Below, piece after piece: positions 47,200 through 60,975 of a stretch of DNA of 64,000 nucleotides. The translations under genes were made by a program, and so were the position numbers. A model generated the notes under the pieces. That model was not told the DNA's origin. It worked only from the letters and a program-made list of their open reading frames with translations, and made no database searches. Source of the DNA: Zancudomyces culisetae HAW-14-8 (taxonomy: Eukaryota; Fungi; Kickxellomycota); contig JBNJNM010000013.1 of assembly GCA_052426225.1 (NCBI GenBank), positions 1,612,001 through 1,676,000 on the forward strand. The letters run 5' to 3'. How positions within the stretch are numbered: the stretch's first letter is position 1; the number at the start of each line of letters is the position of its first letter.

Positions 47200-49707
47200 T
47201 TTGTGTGTTGTTATTATATGCTGTTACTGTTCTTGTTTTTTTATTGAGATTGAGGTATTTTACCCTGTAGTTTCAGCTTTGAAAATTATATTTTAAGATT
47301 GCTACTATGATATGCAAAGTATGAATGCAATTGATAAAGTACTTGAGATAATATTGAACTGGGAACTCTGGGTTTATATACTTTTTTTTCGTTGCTGCAT
47401 ATAATATACACAACAGAACTCCCACATTTACTCTCTAAAATATACCATAGTTCGAAAACAAAACATATCAAGGATGTGGAATAGCGAATCTCGGACTATG
47501 GCTCTATACATAATTTTATGCAGGACTCTACATCATATCTATTTGGTTGAGTTTTAGCAGTGCACTTTTAATGTCCATGTAGAATCACTAGTATTTCTGC
47601 TTAAAAAAATGGTTATTAAATCTATTTTGCTCATCGAATTGGATGAAATCTCACATTGTGATTTGCATATCCGCCTTTGTTAATTAAATGTAGTATTTTT
47701 TTAAAAGCATAGTGTGGGCTTCCAGAAGGAGGTATAAAATAATCTACCTATCTTTAAACTGAGTAACATTTTAATAATCTTTTTTTGTTGAGATTAAATG
47801 GCTCTTTTCACGGTTATGTAGATGTATAAACTCTTCGTGCATAAAAGGTGAAAAAAAGATATACACACTTGATGCAAGAGGATTTTATGGCAGGCTTGGA
47901 AATTGATTTTCGGCCTTACCCTCCTATACATTCCTTTTCGTGTTGTAATTTTTTCAGATCAAAAAAAGGCGTCACAAAATGGACAGTGGTGGGTTTAGCC
48001 TATTTTCTGCGAGTTTTACTTGGCCAGGTTAAAAGGATTTAATATAATGTGCTACCAACTAACAGCAAACCAATTAACCTTTTTCGCTATTTACGCCCAT
48101 CAACGCTTTTTTAGCGTTATTCAACTGATGAATGGGGTTATTAGCCACAATTTCAAGCACGATGGCTGAGTGTTAACCACTAGCGACTATTGAAGGCAGA
48201 TATTAGTGCTTAGCCTTTTCAAGCAATGCACTGGGAGGAGTTTAATGCAGGGTCACACAAACTTGATTGGCTTCGCATTTTGAATAAAGCAGTAAATACT
48301 TCCATGAAGATTACATATTTTTATGAGCTCGATGCCCTGAGCAGAAGAAAGAACCTTTGCTGATGTGGGTAGATTACATTTTGATTTGGTGATACCATAT
48401 TAACTGAGTATGTATTATTGTATATTTGAAAGAAACTAGGCGTACCAAACACAACGTATTATTATGCAACAACTGTGTAGTAGGCCAATAAAGTACTATT
48501 TGTGTTTTTTCAAAAAATAGCGTATTGGGTTATGCGTGTTAGCTACTGGAAATGGAAACTAAGGAGCTGGCCACAGGAACGTGAATCAACATTAATAAGG
48601 TAAATACGCTGCACGATTAAATGTAGGGTTTAAATACGCATATATATCCACATATACATTCAACCATCAAAAGCTAAATGAACCGGTGAAAAATTTAGAT
48701 GGAAACGGTATTAGGATGTTTACATACAACTTCCTGGATTTTTTTGAGGCTTTTAGGTGAATGTTAGGGTATCAGTAAAAGTGGGTTTCTGGGAATTGAA
48801 GGTATAAAGCAAGTATTAAAAGATAGTACTGGATAAGTATTGGGAAGAAGGACCATAATAGGTGTATAAGAAAACTGCTAAAGGTAGTTGTATGTGTACT
48901 CAACTCATCAACCAAGAACATGGAATGTTGGAAACAAAACAAAAGGATTTGTTGAATTGGCGTTATATTAAAAGTTCAACTGGTGCGCCAATAGAATGTT
49001 ATACAACCATATTCAAAATCGTGCAAATGGATTTACTAGTTATTTTTTTTACTAGATGTTTATGGTTATAGGCAATACCCAGTAACAACTGGCTTTTCAT
49101 AGGTTGATGATGTATATATCTTTTAACTTTGTGTAGCTAAGCCAGTGTTTCAATACTTTTCACGTTTAAACAGCTTGAAAGTTCGTTTTTACACTTTTGA
49201 AATTTGTTGTATTTGCATTTCATTTTGGCAAATTGCTGTTGCAATTAATCAGAAATGCTATTTGACAATCTCAGCTATGAAGGTTGTAATTTTTATCCAG
49301 TTCCATTTCATTCAATCCGTTGAACTTTAAGTTTTGTGGAGATAGTTTTTCTGCCATCCAATATAATAATTAGCATCACAGAAATCCTTAACTATGACCA
49401 GTGTCATATTTTTTTAACCCAAACCCCGAAGGGTGGGTGGGCATGATATATTGATCGTAAAGGGACAAAAAAAAATACTAGGCACGCTATTAGACTGCCA
49501 CTATTTGGAGCTTTGTTTAAATGATATACTTTCTGTATATTCGGGTCAGATGCAAACCATGCACATGAATTATTTGTATTTTTATGTAGCTCAAAATGTA
49601 TAAATACCATCAAACCCCTCTTAAACAAAATACTTTACTAAGCATCCTAGATTTCCATATCATATAGATTAGTTGTAGAATACAGAATACAAACAAACCT
49701 GGTTAAC

Positions 49708-50406
49708 ATGAGAGCATCATCAATAGCATTAGTAGCCATATACTTGGTTAATGCCGTATATTCTCGGGAAAAAGTATATTCCATCACAGAAGCAAGTTTA
49801 GAGGAATGCTTACCAGAACATAGAGGTGAGTGTGATGAACCCTCAAAACTTCGAAAGAGGGATGAGGGTGAATGCCCAATTGATCGTCAAAATGAGTGTG
49901 ATGAACCCGTATTGATTAAGAAGCGGAGTCTAGATATATACCCACTTGCAATTGGAACGGGCGATCAGCAAAACAGCCACGAGCGTGGCATAAGATTTTT
50001 GGTACCCCGCCAGAACGTAGTTAACAGCAACGAGATTGGAACAACTGTTGTTTCATTTTCAACACAAACCTCGGAAACTTTGCCCAACACAACGAAGGAT
50101 GTGGGGCTCACTACCTTAACCACAGAGGCTGTGATAACACTTACAGCAGCAGTAATTTCGGGCGTGGGTGCAACAACAACTGAGCAGGCTGTTATTGGTG
50201 TGGGCGTGCCAACTACAACTGTTGTGAATACAGCGACGCTAGTGTCAACGCAGACCAACACAGTATCGGTTCCTGTTACGCAGCTTACCAACTCAATATC
50301 ACTAGTGACAGACATCAATGCTTCTGCCGCTAGTTTTGAAGGAGCAACATTTAATAAGTTTATGGGTTTATCTATTTTTGTGTTTTCACTAATAATTTTC
50401 ATTTAG
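49708..50406 (+). CDS. Secreted, probably GPI-anchored S/T/V-rich protein with Kex2-delimited Cys repeats
   Basis: Signal peptide; ECLPEHRGECDEPSKLRKR / DEGECPIDRQNECDEPVLIKKR; Thr-rich stalk; hydrophobic C-terminus. Confidence 0.8.
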   Translation: MRASSIALVAIYLVNAVYSREKVYSITEASLEECLPEHRGECDEPSKLRKRDEGECPIDRQNECDEPVLIKKRSLDIYPLAIGTGDQQNSHERGIRFLVPRQNVVNSNEIGTTVVSFSTQTSETLPNTTKDVGLTTLTTEAVITLTAAVISGVGATTTEQAVIGVGVPTTTVVNTATLVSTQTNTVSVPVTQLTNSISLVTDINASAASFEGATFNKFMGLSIFVFSLIIFI

Positions 50407-50528
50407 ATGTTGATTTAAAGCATCAATCCATACCAGCATTTTATTTTGAATTAAACTAGCAATAAAGACAACAATTATATAAAATGTGTAATAAAAAAAA
50501 CAAAGCGTAAAATAAAATTAGAAGAAAC

Positions 50529-52471
50529 TTAGAGCTCTTCATCGTCAGAGTCAAAGTGATCGGCAAAATCATACTCGTCTCCGTCTGGTTGCGCATTCTT
50601 AAGAGACACGGCGAGCTTTTTCTTGAGTTTTTTCGAATTAGCCTTGTTGTTCTTTCTAATAGCCTTGTTAAGTTGAGGATCGGTAATTACAGGTTTTTCG
50701 TGAGAAACAGGTAAAGGAACAGAGGAAGATGAAGATGAAGATGCTACAGGGAGATTAACAACGTACGACTCGTTTGTTGATTCGTTCATGTCAATATCGC
50801 TTTCGGCATCACCTTCAGAATCATCCTCAGAATCGCTGTCAGAATCGACATTCATTTCAATAGGGTTGGAAGTAAAAGAAAGATCAGCGGCAGAGGAAGG
50901 AGCTACCGAAACAAAAGTAGAATTCTTAGGAACAAAGTCATCGAAAAGATCAAATTGCTTGGAAAAGTCGGAAACAAGCTCGGGTTGATGAACAACAGGA
51001 GTAGATGCAACTTTTGGAGGAAGAGAGTAGTAAGGGATTTTTCCAGCATTCCAATCGGAAAGAAGAGAGCGGGCAGCAGCAAGAATATCGGGAATACCAC
51101 CCCTTTTAAGTCTGCCCTTCTGTCTAGCCAGCTGAATCAAAAAGTCGTTAGAATCAACAAAGGCATTCACGTTGTAAAGCTTGGTTAAGGCGGCAGGGTT
51201 GCAACGAGAAATAATTAGCTCGGCGGGACCAACTGGGTCGGTCAGCAAATCCACCTTGATACAATTTCTAAGAACAGCTTCGTATTTGCTTGCGTCTGAA
51301 CCGGATTTTGGAGCAAGAGAGAAAACAACACCAGGACTATCGAGCAGACGAATGGTCTTGTCAAGGTGAATCATCTGGACGTGTTTGGTGAGACCGGGTG
51401 TTGAGCCGACGCCACAAACTCGCGCTCGTTTCATCGAATTGATAACACTGGATTTTCCAACGTTGGGGAAACCAACCAACCCAACAGTAACTGCTGTCTT
51501 GATGTTGAGGTTCCGTGTGTAGTTTTTGAGAATATGCAACAACCCCTCGGCGCCAACACATTCCGCAGTTTTGGAAATCGAGCCTTGAGATAGGTTGCTT
51601 CGCTGCTCTTGTGTAGAGGCCTTAAATGCTACTGTGGGGTGCTCCTGGCGCAAGTATTGTAGCCAGTTCTGAACGTTTTCCTTTGGTACCAAATCTATTT
51701 TGTTCAACACCAAAACCAACCGCTTGTTCATATCTTTGATCATTTCTTCAATCTGTTTCGCTCTAGTTCCCATTGGATCACGTGCGTCCAATACTTCAAG
51801 TATCACATCGCTGTTCTCGACCACTTTTCTAAACTCCTTGATGTATGCTTTTCGTGAATTATCTCGATCTCCTGTCAACGCCAGGTCCTCCTCTTCCTTC
51901 TCCATAGTCACTTCTTCCCGTTCTTTCTGCTCAAATGCCTCTGCTCTTTTCTGTGCATCCTGTCCAATATTCTCCATACTTCTATTTTGCATATGTACAT
52001 TCAGTCTTGCTTTTTTTTGTCTTTCCCGCTCCTCCTCGACTTTTCTTTTGCTTTCTTCGATTTGGTTCAGCATTTTTTCTTTGAAGGGAAAGAGATTTGG
52101 AATCCCTGGATCCTTCTTTTTATTGCCTAAATTGGTTTTTTAAATATTGCAATACAAATTAGCTAATGCCCATTTCTTGCATCAACACCTCCCCACCCAC
52201 TCCTCCCAATACACAATCAAAATTGACAGGTACAGAAAAACACTTACTGCTATTTAGCCCTGATCTCCTAGCATCTCTCCTGTCCTTTCTGTGCTTCTCC
52301 TTGGCTTTTTTCTCGATTTTGTACCTTCTGGCACATGACATACGTTTGCTCTTATGCTCTATTACAAACAGTGTATATATGTTATTATAATCCTTCGCAA
52401 ATCATACCTATACTATATTTTTATATTTTTACGAGTATACGAGTATACGAGTCCTTACTTTTTGCTACCAT
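50529..52471 (-). CDS. NUG1: Nuclear/nucleolar circularly permuted GTPase Nug1/GNL3 (60S biogenesis); 3 exons: 52471-52459, 52358-52248, 52126-50529
   Basis: The spliced N-terminus MVAKKHKSKRMSCARRYKIEKK...KDPGIPNLFPFKE is the GN3L_Grn1 domain. Also EVLDARDP, VLNKID, GFPNVGKSS, LLDSPG, G.LKRGGIPD. Canonical GTAAG...TAG introns. Confidence 0.95.
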
Positions 52472-53025
52472 TTTGTGCTCCTAATAACCGCTCCACGCTT
52501 ATTTTTGTGTTCTTAAGCCGTAGAATTAAAAAATTTTAAACTTTTATTTATTTTTTTGATTCATTCCAAAAAAAAAAAAAATTTTTTTTTCACAAAATTA
52601 GGATCAATAAAAAAACCTTTACGCATTTAAAATACTGTAATTACTAAAGATTTAATAAACCTTTACTTTCACCAGTAACTGTTACTTGAGTATTTATCAA
52701 ATACAATTTCAAAAGTATTACATAGCCCAGTTTCAGATTTACATTTCATACTTAAACGACTGACAACATTTACTAACTATACAGAGCCGTTGGGCTTGCT
52801 GAATATTTATCTTTAATGTATTTAAATGACCAAAATGCAATACTAATGAAATGTATGTTAACTGAACTAAATGCAAACACACATGCTATTTTTTGAAAAG
52901 TTTACTATGCTTTATTCATAATTTCTGAGCAATATTTTTGAATCAGTAGTTCTGGATCGATTACTACTGTAAACACAGTTTTGTAATGGTGATACAAGCC
53001 CGATTATTTATACAATTTTAGCGAG

Positions 53026-54507
53026 TTAACTCGTAAAATTGTTAAAAATCGCATCGGCATCAAACCCTCCTTTTGGGAAACCCGCCAAACATCCATCCAG
53101 CAGGTTTAAAGAGTTAGGTGCAAAGTTTGAAGCCGAAATTCTGTCCTCAAACCCGTTCAGCGTTATCCCCATGTGCTTTAAATCAGGAATGCTCTTGTTG
53201 CCCTGCGTACCCCCAAACGATGCTGTAGAATTTATTGGAATTGCGTTTATCCCCTGCATACCCCTTCCAAATGAATCACTCGTTGGTGCATTGATCCCAT
53301 CAAAAGCCTTCACAGCAGGATTGTTTTGGTAGACAGCTTGGAGTAGCATGGGGTTGAGTGCGTTAAAATCGATTTGACTGGATTTGCTACAGTTTAGATT
53401 GTTCTTGCTGTTGGTATTCGACTGCGAATTTTCTGCATTGAAATCTATAAACAGATTTTCAAAATCAAGCAACTCTGACCTTTCAGGTACCATAGTGGAC
53501 TGGCTATCTGTCTTATCCAAACCCGATAGTTTTGCCTTTTTAAAGGGTGGGCTAGCTTCCACTTTGTTTCCACTTGCCAAACTTCCAAAATCCATTGTAA
53601 AATCAATCAAAGGATTAGCTCCAAAGTTACTTTTATCACCAAAAGCACTACTAAATGACAAGTATCCGTTGTTTTCAACATTCTTCTGTAGTTTATTTGA
53701 ATTTTTCTCAAAATAATCACCAAGATTAATAGTCGAGCCACTTAGTTGTGGATTTAAGCGCAAACTATCAAATATTCCGTCTACTGCAATATTATCGGCA
53801 GTAAACCCAATGTCATTTCCCTTTGCATTTGCCGACAGACAGTCTTTATTGCCGTTACCTAGAATATATTTTTGAAAGTCTAGCTCGTTTTTATCTCCAC
53901 TAACGTTATATCCCGGATAGTCACTAAATATATTGTTTAATGATACTATTTCTTGTATTCCCGGTCCTTTTTCCAAGTCAGCACATTGCTTTGCTGTGCT
54001 ATTGCATTTCTTTTCTTTATGAACAACGGCAGAGTTGCTATCAATATGTTTCTTTTTTCCTCTTTTTTTTTGTCCAGGCTGTTTGTATTTTCTGCTAAAA
54101 AAGCTCCCCCCGCCAACATGCAGAGGTTCAATCTTGATTTTAGTTGGCTTTTCATCATCAACTCCTAATAATGCTGGTATATCCTTTCCCATGCTACGTA
54201 ATTTACTCTTAAGATCACTGATTTCTTGTTCAAGACTATTTACATTTCTTACTAACACGTATATATGATCCTTTGCCTTTTGCATAATTAAGACGGTAGA
54301 CGATTTTGAATGGTTCAATGTTGGTATGGAGTCTCTAAGTTCGTAGAGTACCTTTTTTTGGTTTGATCTTCGTTTTCTTTCGAGCTCGTTGTGGTTAATC
54401 CTTTTTTCACTAGACAATTCTGGAACATTTGAGTTTTTAGCAATTCCCTTTCTTTTTAATCTCTTTGGTTTCTGCGTTGCACCTCCATCGTTGCCATTCA
54501 ATTCCAT
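53026..54507 (-). CDS. bHLH-leucine zipper transcription factor (Max/Mlx/Myc-like basic region)
   Basis: KRINHNELERKRR...LYELRDSIPTL...STVLIMQKAKDHI..L...LEQEISDLKSKL. Likely start MELNG at 54507; the upstream part of the ORF is a microsatellite. Confidence 0.88.
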   Translation of the reverse strand: MELNGNDGGATQKPKRLKRKGIAKNSNVPELSSEKRINHNELERKRRSNQKKVLYELRDSIPTLNHSKSSTVLIMQKAKDHIYVLVRNVNSLEQEISDLKSKLRSMGKDIPALLGVDDEKPTKIKIEPLHVGGGSFFSRKYKQPGQKKRGKKKHIDSNSAVVHKEKKCNSTAKQCADLEKGPGIQEIVSLNNIFSDYPGYNVSGDKNELDFQKYILGNGNKDCLSANAKGNDIGFTADNIAVDGIFDSLRLNPQLSGSTINLGDYFEKNSNKLQKNVENNGYLSFSSAFGDKSNFGANPLIDFTMDFGSLASGNKVEASPPFKKAKLSGLDKTDSQSTMVPERSELLDFENLFIDFNAENSQSNTNSKNNLNCSKSSQIDFNALNPMLLQAVYQNNPAVKAFDGINAPTSDSFGRGMQGINAIPINSTASFGGTQGNKSIPDLKHMGITLNGFEDRISASNFAPNSLNLLDGCLAGFPKGGFDADAIFNNFTS

Positions 54508-54554
54508 TCTTTTTAATTTGAATTTTACTAATATTGTAAACCTAAAATGTTGCG

Positions 54555-54592
54555 ATGTGTATGTGTATGTATATGTATATGTGTATGTGTGT
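54555..54592. repeat. (ATGTRT)n microsatellite
   Basis: ATGTGTATGTGTATGTATATGTATATGTGTATGTGTGT. Confidence 0.85.
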
Positions 54593-56485
54593 TTTTGTAT
54601 GTAGTGTGAATGTTGTCCTATAATCAATAAAAGTTTATGATCGTTTTTTTTCTAGTTTTGCACAGTAACCTACAATGCTCCTCGATGTGTTGAGTTGTGA
54701 TTTATACAAGCAATTCTTGCGAATATTACCACTTTTCGATAATTCGTATAGTGGAAATGGAGTGAGATATTATGAATAAATGCAATAGCTCTTACAAGAA
54801 ATGCACCTTGGTTTGGTTATACTTTTTATGTTTACACTTTTGTAGTTTGTATACTAGTTAATATAAACTTATTTTGTGAAAAAAATGCTTATGCGATATG
54901 ATGTTTTTCGAACTATGATATAACCACCTATAAATCGATCACTGTATCTGTAGCAATTACAAAATATATAACTTTATAGAAACTGGATGATTTTAGGCGT
55001 AGAAAATATAACCAGCACCCATTCCCTGTTGGCCTTATATATAACACCCTCTTGCTTAGAGTTGCAAATCAATATCATTCAATATGCTTTAATTCAAAAA
55101 ATACTTCAAGATGCCGCTTAGTTAGTGGATTTCAACACGAGTATACTTGATGATACTCAGATTTTTAGTTATTGAGTTAATGGTTACTGGTTACTGGTTA
55201 ATATGAAGGGTTACTGATCAGAGTTTTATGAAATTCGGGTAAAGAAAATCAAGCATGGATTTTTTAAGTAATGCTGTAGAAAAGTTAGCACCATGGCACC
55301 CTAAATGCGATTTATTGTTATTTGCTTCACTAAACTGTGCCTTTGGATATCCTCTACAAGCTCAATCGGCCTGATAATTCGATACTCTCTTTTGAAGCCC
55401 ACACCTTACTTTATCTTCCCTCCCCCTTCCCCGCAATTTTAGTAGTAATGTAGCTAGGATATTTTTGTGATTTTACCTAATAATTTTCTAGATATCATGA
55501 TAATATTTTAGTATTAGCGAATAAATAACCCAAATAGCAACCTAAAGTAGTATTATTGGTTACTGGGGAAAATGAAGGTAATAAAAACCCTTAATGAATA
55601 AAACATGCCAAAAGTTGAAATGCTGCCATATTGAAAAGAGTGGCACAATGTATTGTTTATTTTTCAACCATATGCATCAGGGGATGGAGGTGGGATTCAT
55701 AGAGTTTAGAATGTTCCAACGAATCGAAATATGCTTTCCCGGAGGAACTGCAGATACAAGTATAAAGAAACAGTATTTCCTAATGTTAACACTATGAAAG
55801 GAACCAATAGTTTCCTGTACAAAAAAGAAAAGCAAAATCAAAAAAGTCGTTATTAGCTAGCAGCTTCTGCAGCCCTGTGTCTACTATTCACACCACATTT
55901 CAAATCTGCCATTTGGTCTACAGCGTGCCACTTTTATTCTTTAGAGAAATATATAGGTAGGTCAGATAAACTCTTTTTTACCATGCTATTCACTGATGGT
56001 TGTATGTGTATAATAACTGCTATAATCTCTTCTTTTGATATATTTTTACCAAATAATAGGATTTTGCAGCTAGACACTCGAAGATTTTTAATATACTTTG
56101 ATGGGCTTGCAAATATTTTTTTATAAGCAGCACGCAATACAATAAATCATGCCAACTATATAAAATTCTCAAATGTTGAGTATTATAGCTTATACTTGTG
56201 TTGTTAAATTTTTTTTTGATGCCAGCTTGTAAACTGGAAAATAACCACCACAGAAAAATGACAATTTATAGGCAAGTGTACATGTTTTACTTCTTCTCCC
56301 CTATATCTGTTGGTCCAAAATATAATGAAAATAACTTTTATTCCATGCTATTTATTTTGCTACACGAAAATCTAAATAATAACAATGATAATAGTGACCA
56401 TTCAAATAAAATATATTTATTCCAACCAGTAAGCAAAACCAATAAGAAATATCAAGATTATTAAATTATTATTATTCTAGTATTA

Positions 56486-58678
56486 TTATAAAGTAGGACT
56501 TGAAGGCATTGCATTTAATACCTGCCTTGTATAATTAGCAATAAGACGAGATACGTTATATAGGGTGGCAAGATCATCAGCGGTGGTCTTAAAATTGTAA
56601 AGTGAGGGAGGCATATTCTCTCTATTTCCCTCTAGTTGAGAGATAACTTGTAGATCAAGTAGTCTGTATACAAAGGATGGTAGGCCTACAGGGCTTTTTA
56701 ATGAATTTAACGAGTTTGGGCTTTGAAAGCTGAAGATGTCTGACAGCCTTGAAAAATCGAATGAAACAAAACTAATTTTTCCTGGGTATGTCTTTTTGTA
56801 TGGGTATTTTGATAGAAGCATAAAGTCCACCCAACTTGCCACATCTGTAAAGTTAGAAAACTGTGCATTTATTGAAATATTTGTGTTTCTGGGGTTCGGA
56901 AGTAGGCCGTTGAAATTGGGTACGACTGGAGTTGTTGTATCAAATACCTGAGACGGCTTGTAGAATAATACAAAGGAATTAAATACATTGGTTTCTTCAT
57001 CACTTGGATCTTCTGAGTTTATAAGTACTAGTTCAGAAAGTTCAGATTTTTCTTGGTTTCGGTATATAAAGCAAATAAGTAAATATCTCCATAGCGATTC
57101 CACATAAAAGTTTTGATGATTTTTGTCTACAAAGCAGGCAGGTACCATAGAAACCATTTTTCCCGCCCGCCTACTATCACTTCTTCTACAAAAAATGATA
57201 AACGCTTCAACAAATCTCCACAGTTCCCATAAATCCTCTTCCTCAGCTGTAGGTTCCTTGTTGCTCAAAGCTAAAAGTTGATCGTTATAGGGTAAGCCGT
57301 TTTTAGAGATGGTGTTGGCGTCTCGAAAATATCTAATCACCTTTTTCCGGACTACGAATAAATCTAAGTGCATTCAATTTTATAATTTGGTTTAAACATG
57401 TAGTGAAAATATGGTGCATTATGTTTGCATTTAAAGCATAGAATATTGTGATGGATGAAAAAAACTTTGGTTTACCATAAATTGAAGCATAAAATGCCTT
57501 GACTGTGCTTATATTATCTATAACTTTGTTTCTGGAAAAACGTAGGACATAGTTTACAAACTTCATTTTGCTTGAGTCTTGGATAGAATGCCTTTTTGTT
57601 TGATCAAAATATTTGGATTTGGACACATCTGGAGAAATAACAGCAGAGGTAGGTTGATCTGAAATTGCGTTTACGGCGACTTTTGTATCTGCGCTGGAGT
57701 CAGTATTTCGAAAAACTTCTGTGCCTCCATTAGCTTCGACCTCTTCATCCTTTTGTTTGGATTGTGTCGATTTCGATGATTTTACACTGGTCTGGCGACT
57801 ATTATCTAGTTTTTTTCTTTTTTTGTCTTTAGCATCTATATCAATATATACGGAATTTAAACAAGCAGCTCTACAACTACCTAAGAAACAAAACAAAAAA
57901 GAAATTGCAAATAGTTACCACCATCAAGCGTCTGAGTCACACCCTTCCCATTTTTAGATCCCGTCTTTCTCTTCTCTTCATATTTACTTTTGTTTCTTGA
58001 TATACCACGAAATACACTCCTTTGTTGCTTATTTTTTTTATTCAGAGATTCTGCTTGAACTTTGTAGTCCTCAAACTCCTTTTCTATCTGCTTTATTTTA
58101 TCGCTTATTTTGTTTTCAAAGTATCTTTTTTTTATTGTCAGCTTCTTGGTTTGAACCAGAGGATAGCCGGTCTGTATCTCATCAGGCACCTCCTATACAG
58201 AGTAGTTTATACAAAATAACGCTCCAGCCTTCATAACAATTGAGATAAATAAATGACAAACTGTAAAATCAATCAACAACCTTACATTCGACTTATCTGT
58301 TTGCTCCTTTGTTTTAGAACTAACTGTCCTGAACAAACTCTTTTTCGGCTCCAGCTGTGTGGATTTGAGAGAGGATTTTTTTGAAACCCCCTCGCTCAGC
58401 TTTGTAAGCATTTTTCCGTGGGTTTCCTGTGGTTCGGGCTTATAAAAGCTTTTTCTAATTCCCATGGAGTTATAATTAATGACGGATAATGAACCCTTCT
58501 TTTTTATCTTAAACTCATATTTATTGTTTGATTTGAACACCAAATTGTCTACAGTCTCGTTGAAACTAGTTGTATAGCCGGTATAGTGATCTACGTATTG
58601 TTTGACTTTATCTTCTGGTAGTTTTAAAGGCTTGAGTCTATTTAGGCTCGAGTCTTTTTTTCGATAGTAAAGACACAT
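56486..58678 (-). CDS. Multi-exon hypothetical protein (about 4 exons); weak resemblance to Pol I core factor Rrn11/TAF1A
   Basis: Four consecutive minus-strand ORFs joined by GT-AG introns (about 58285-58193, 57918-57881, 57474-57365). The D..RA.K...VESLWR segment is only loosely Rrn11-like. Confidence 0.55.
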
Positions 58679-60975
58679 TTCATCAGCACTAACTCGAAGG
58701 CCTATGTGTTACTACATGCATTATCCTGAAGGCTAACCTTATGTTATTAGAGTACAATGAAATAAAATATTGTTATGTATTTAATGAAGAAAAGTAAAAG
58801 GCGATTTCTATTTCTTTATTGTGAGTCTAAAATGCTGATTCCATTTTGCATTAGCTAGAATCGACATTAGTTATGAAAAAAATTAAAATTGGCGTTAAGG
58901 ATATACATATTTATTTATGACATATTTATACTTTATTACTATGATACCACTACTCTAAAAAGATACTATAACATTTTGTTCTATATATAGAGTTTGGGAT
59001 TAGTTTTTGAACTTTTGTTCAAACAATCTATTATAAATTTGGGAAATCGTCTAATTTTTACAAGAATTTTTATGAAATAGCTATTGGGATAGTACAGTCA
59101 CAAAAATTAAACAGTCAAGTTACGGTGCACTTGAGCACATTAACGTAATTAATAGTTCGCTGCCAGAGATAGATGCCCCCATAGACTTTATTTTTTTTGA
59201 ATTTCCATAAGTATTTACTTTTCAACATCAGGTTTGATACGGGAGCATTTCACGCTTTGAAGTGATAAATTGTGCGATGAAATTAATATTGTGACACCAC
59301 TGCTTCTAAATTTAGAATATCATTTCAATTATTAATTCAAGTGTATTTTGGTTAAAATCCATAGGCAAATATTTGTATGGTAAAAAATGTGTTGTAACTG
59401 GCTTATACTATCATATTTTAAATAATAGACTTGAAAAGTGGAATTTTGATCCTGGTTGGGGATAAGATCGAAAATGTGCCATCAACAACTTGAACCAAAA
59501 TAGAAAACACTACCACATAACTAAAAAACATTTTATATTCCATATTTTATATTGTATATTATACATTCCACCGGTTTCTTGCGTAATATCGAATAACTCT
59601 TCTCCCCTACTCTGCAATTGTAGTTTAGTATGTTGGTTTATAATCTTTACTTGGTAGTTGAACAATAAAGCAGTATCCTTACAGTGCATTATATTTCCAT
59701 CGCCCTTCCGGGGTTTTAAGTCTTGTAACAGTATAACAAAAAACACCATCAACAAAATCTTGTTAGAAATGAGTCATGACATCATTATGCTTCAGTGCTT
59801 GTTTACATTTCAATTTCAACACTAGCGCGATATTGGCTACAATTGTATATCCCAAATTAAGCATGGTAAGTAGAAAACAAGGTAAAATCCGCAAGCAAAA
59901 TGTTATTAATCCGCCTTATGGCCGAGTTTAGTGAATACCCAGAATTCCTTTCAATTACCAGAAGTGAAAATACTGGGATTAAGCCGACGGAGACATTTGA
60001 CTATTGTATGAAATATCAGTTTCATATTTAAAGCTATCGATACCACACAGACAAACTAATGTGTTGTAAAATCACATAAAAACAAACCACAAGTTATCAT
60101 ATAGTTCGCATTATTACATAACAAACGTTAAAACTAAAACTAAATTATTTTTACATAAATGAAACCGATTTACAGGTATAAAGAAAAAACCCCATGAGGG
60201 TAACAACTAGCCTTACCACAAAGCCATTCCATACATGAACAAGCCTTTTGAGGGAAATATTTTACCATGGATTACATCAGCGATTGGTCTTGCATATTAG
60301 ACGCGCAGTCCTAAAAAGCTCAAAACAAGAACGATTGATATAAGTGGCTCTGTACACCAAAATATGAATGTGTATCTGGTAATCTGTGCTAGGGTATTAT
60401 TTATACAAAAAATATGTTTTTTTTTATTATTGCTATTTTTAGAAAACAGCACTGTAGTTGAAATTCGAAAAGCTAGACACAAAAACAAACAAAAAGGCGA
60501 AATAGTAATTATACCAAATACCCATCTCACCTTTAAGTCTTGAGCTTCGTAGCTTCTAAACGCGTCTGATAGTGTCTACGATGAGAAATCGTTGAGCGGT
60601 GTGTTGCTGTTTTTGTGGTAGTGGTTTTGGTTGCACTCCAACTCCTGCTTAGTTCTTAGCCTGGCTAAAACTTTGCAATCAAGTCAACTCTCAATACTGG
60701 GTTCAAATTCCAAACTACGGACAGTCCTTGGGCGTTTGCGTAAGCCTTTTTTTCAGGTTTATTGCCCCCTTCCCCTCCTCATCCATTAAGGGAAATCGTG
60801 AGTAAATATGCTAAATCACGTGAATTGGAGGTATAAACTTCATTCAAATTTTCGAAGTTTGGTTCTTGCTGGCAAAACTTTTTATTGGCAGTAAGCTTGG
60901 ATAATAATATGAGGGTGGAGAATTGGAAAATTAGAGTTGGCTTTAAAATATCAAAAGTAAGCAAATAAAATACAA

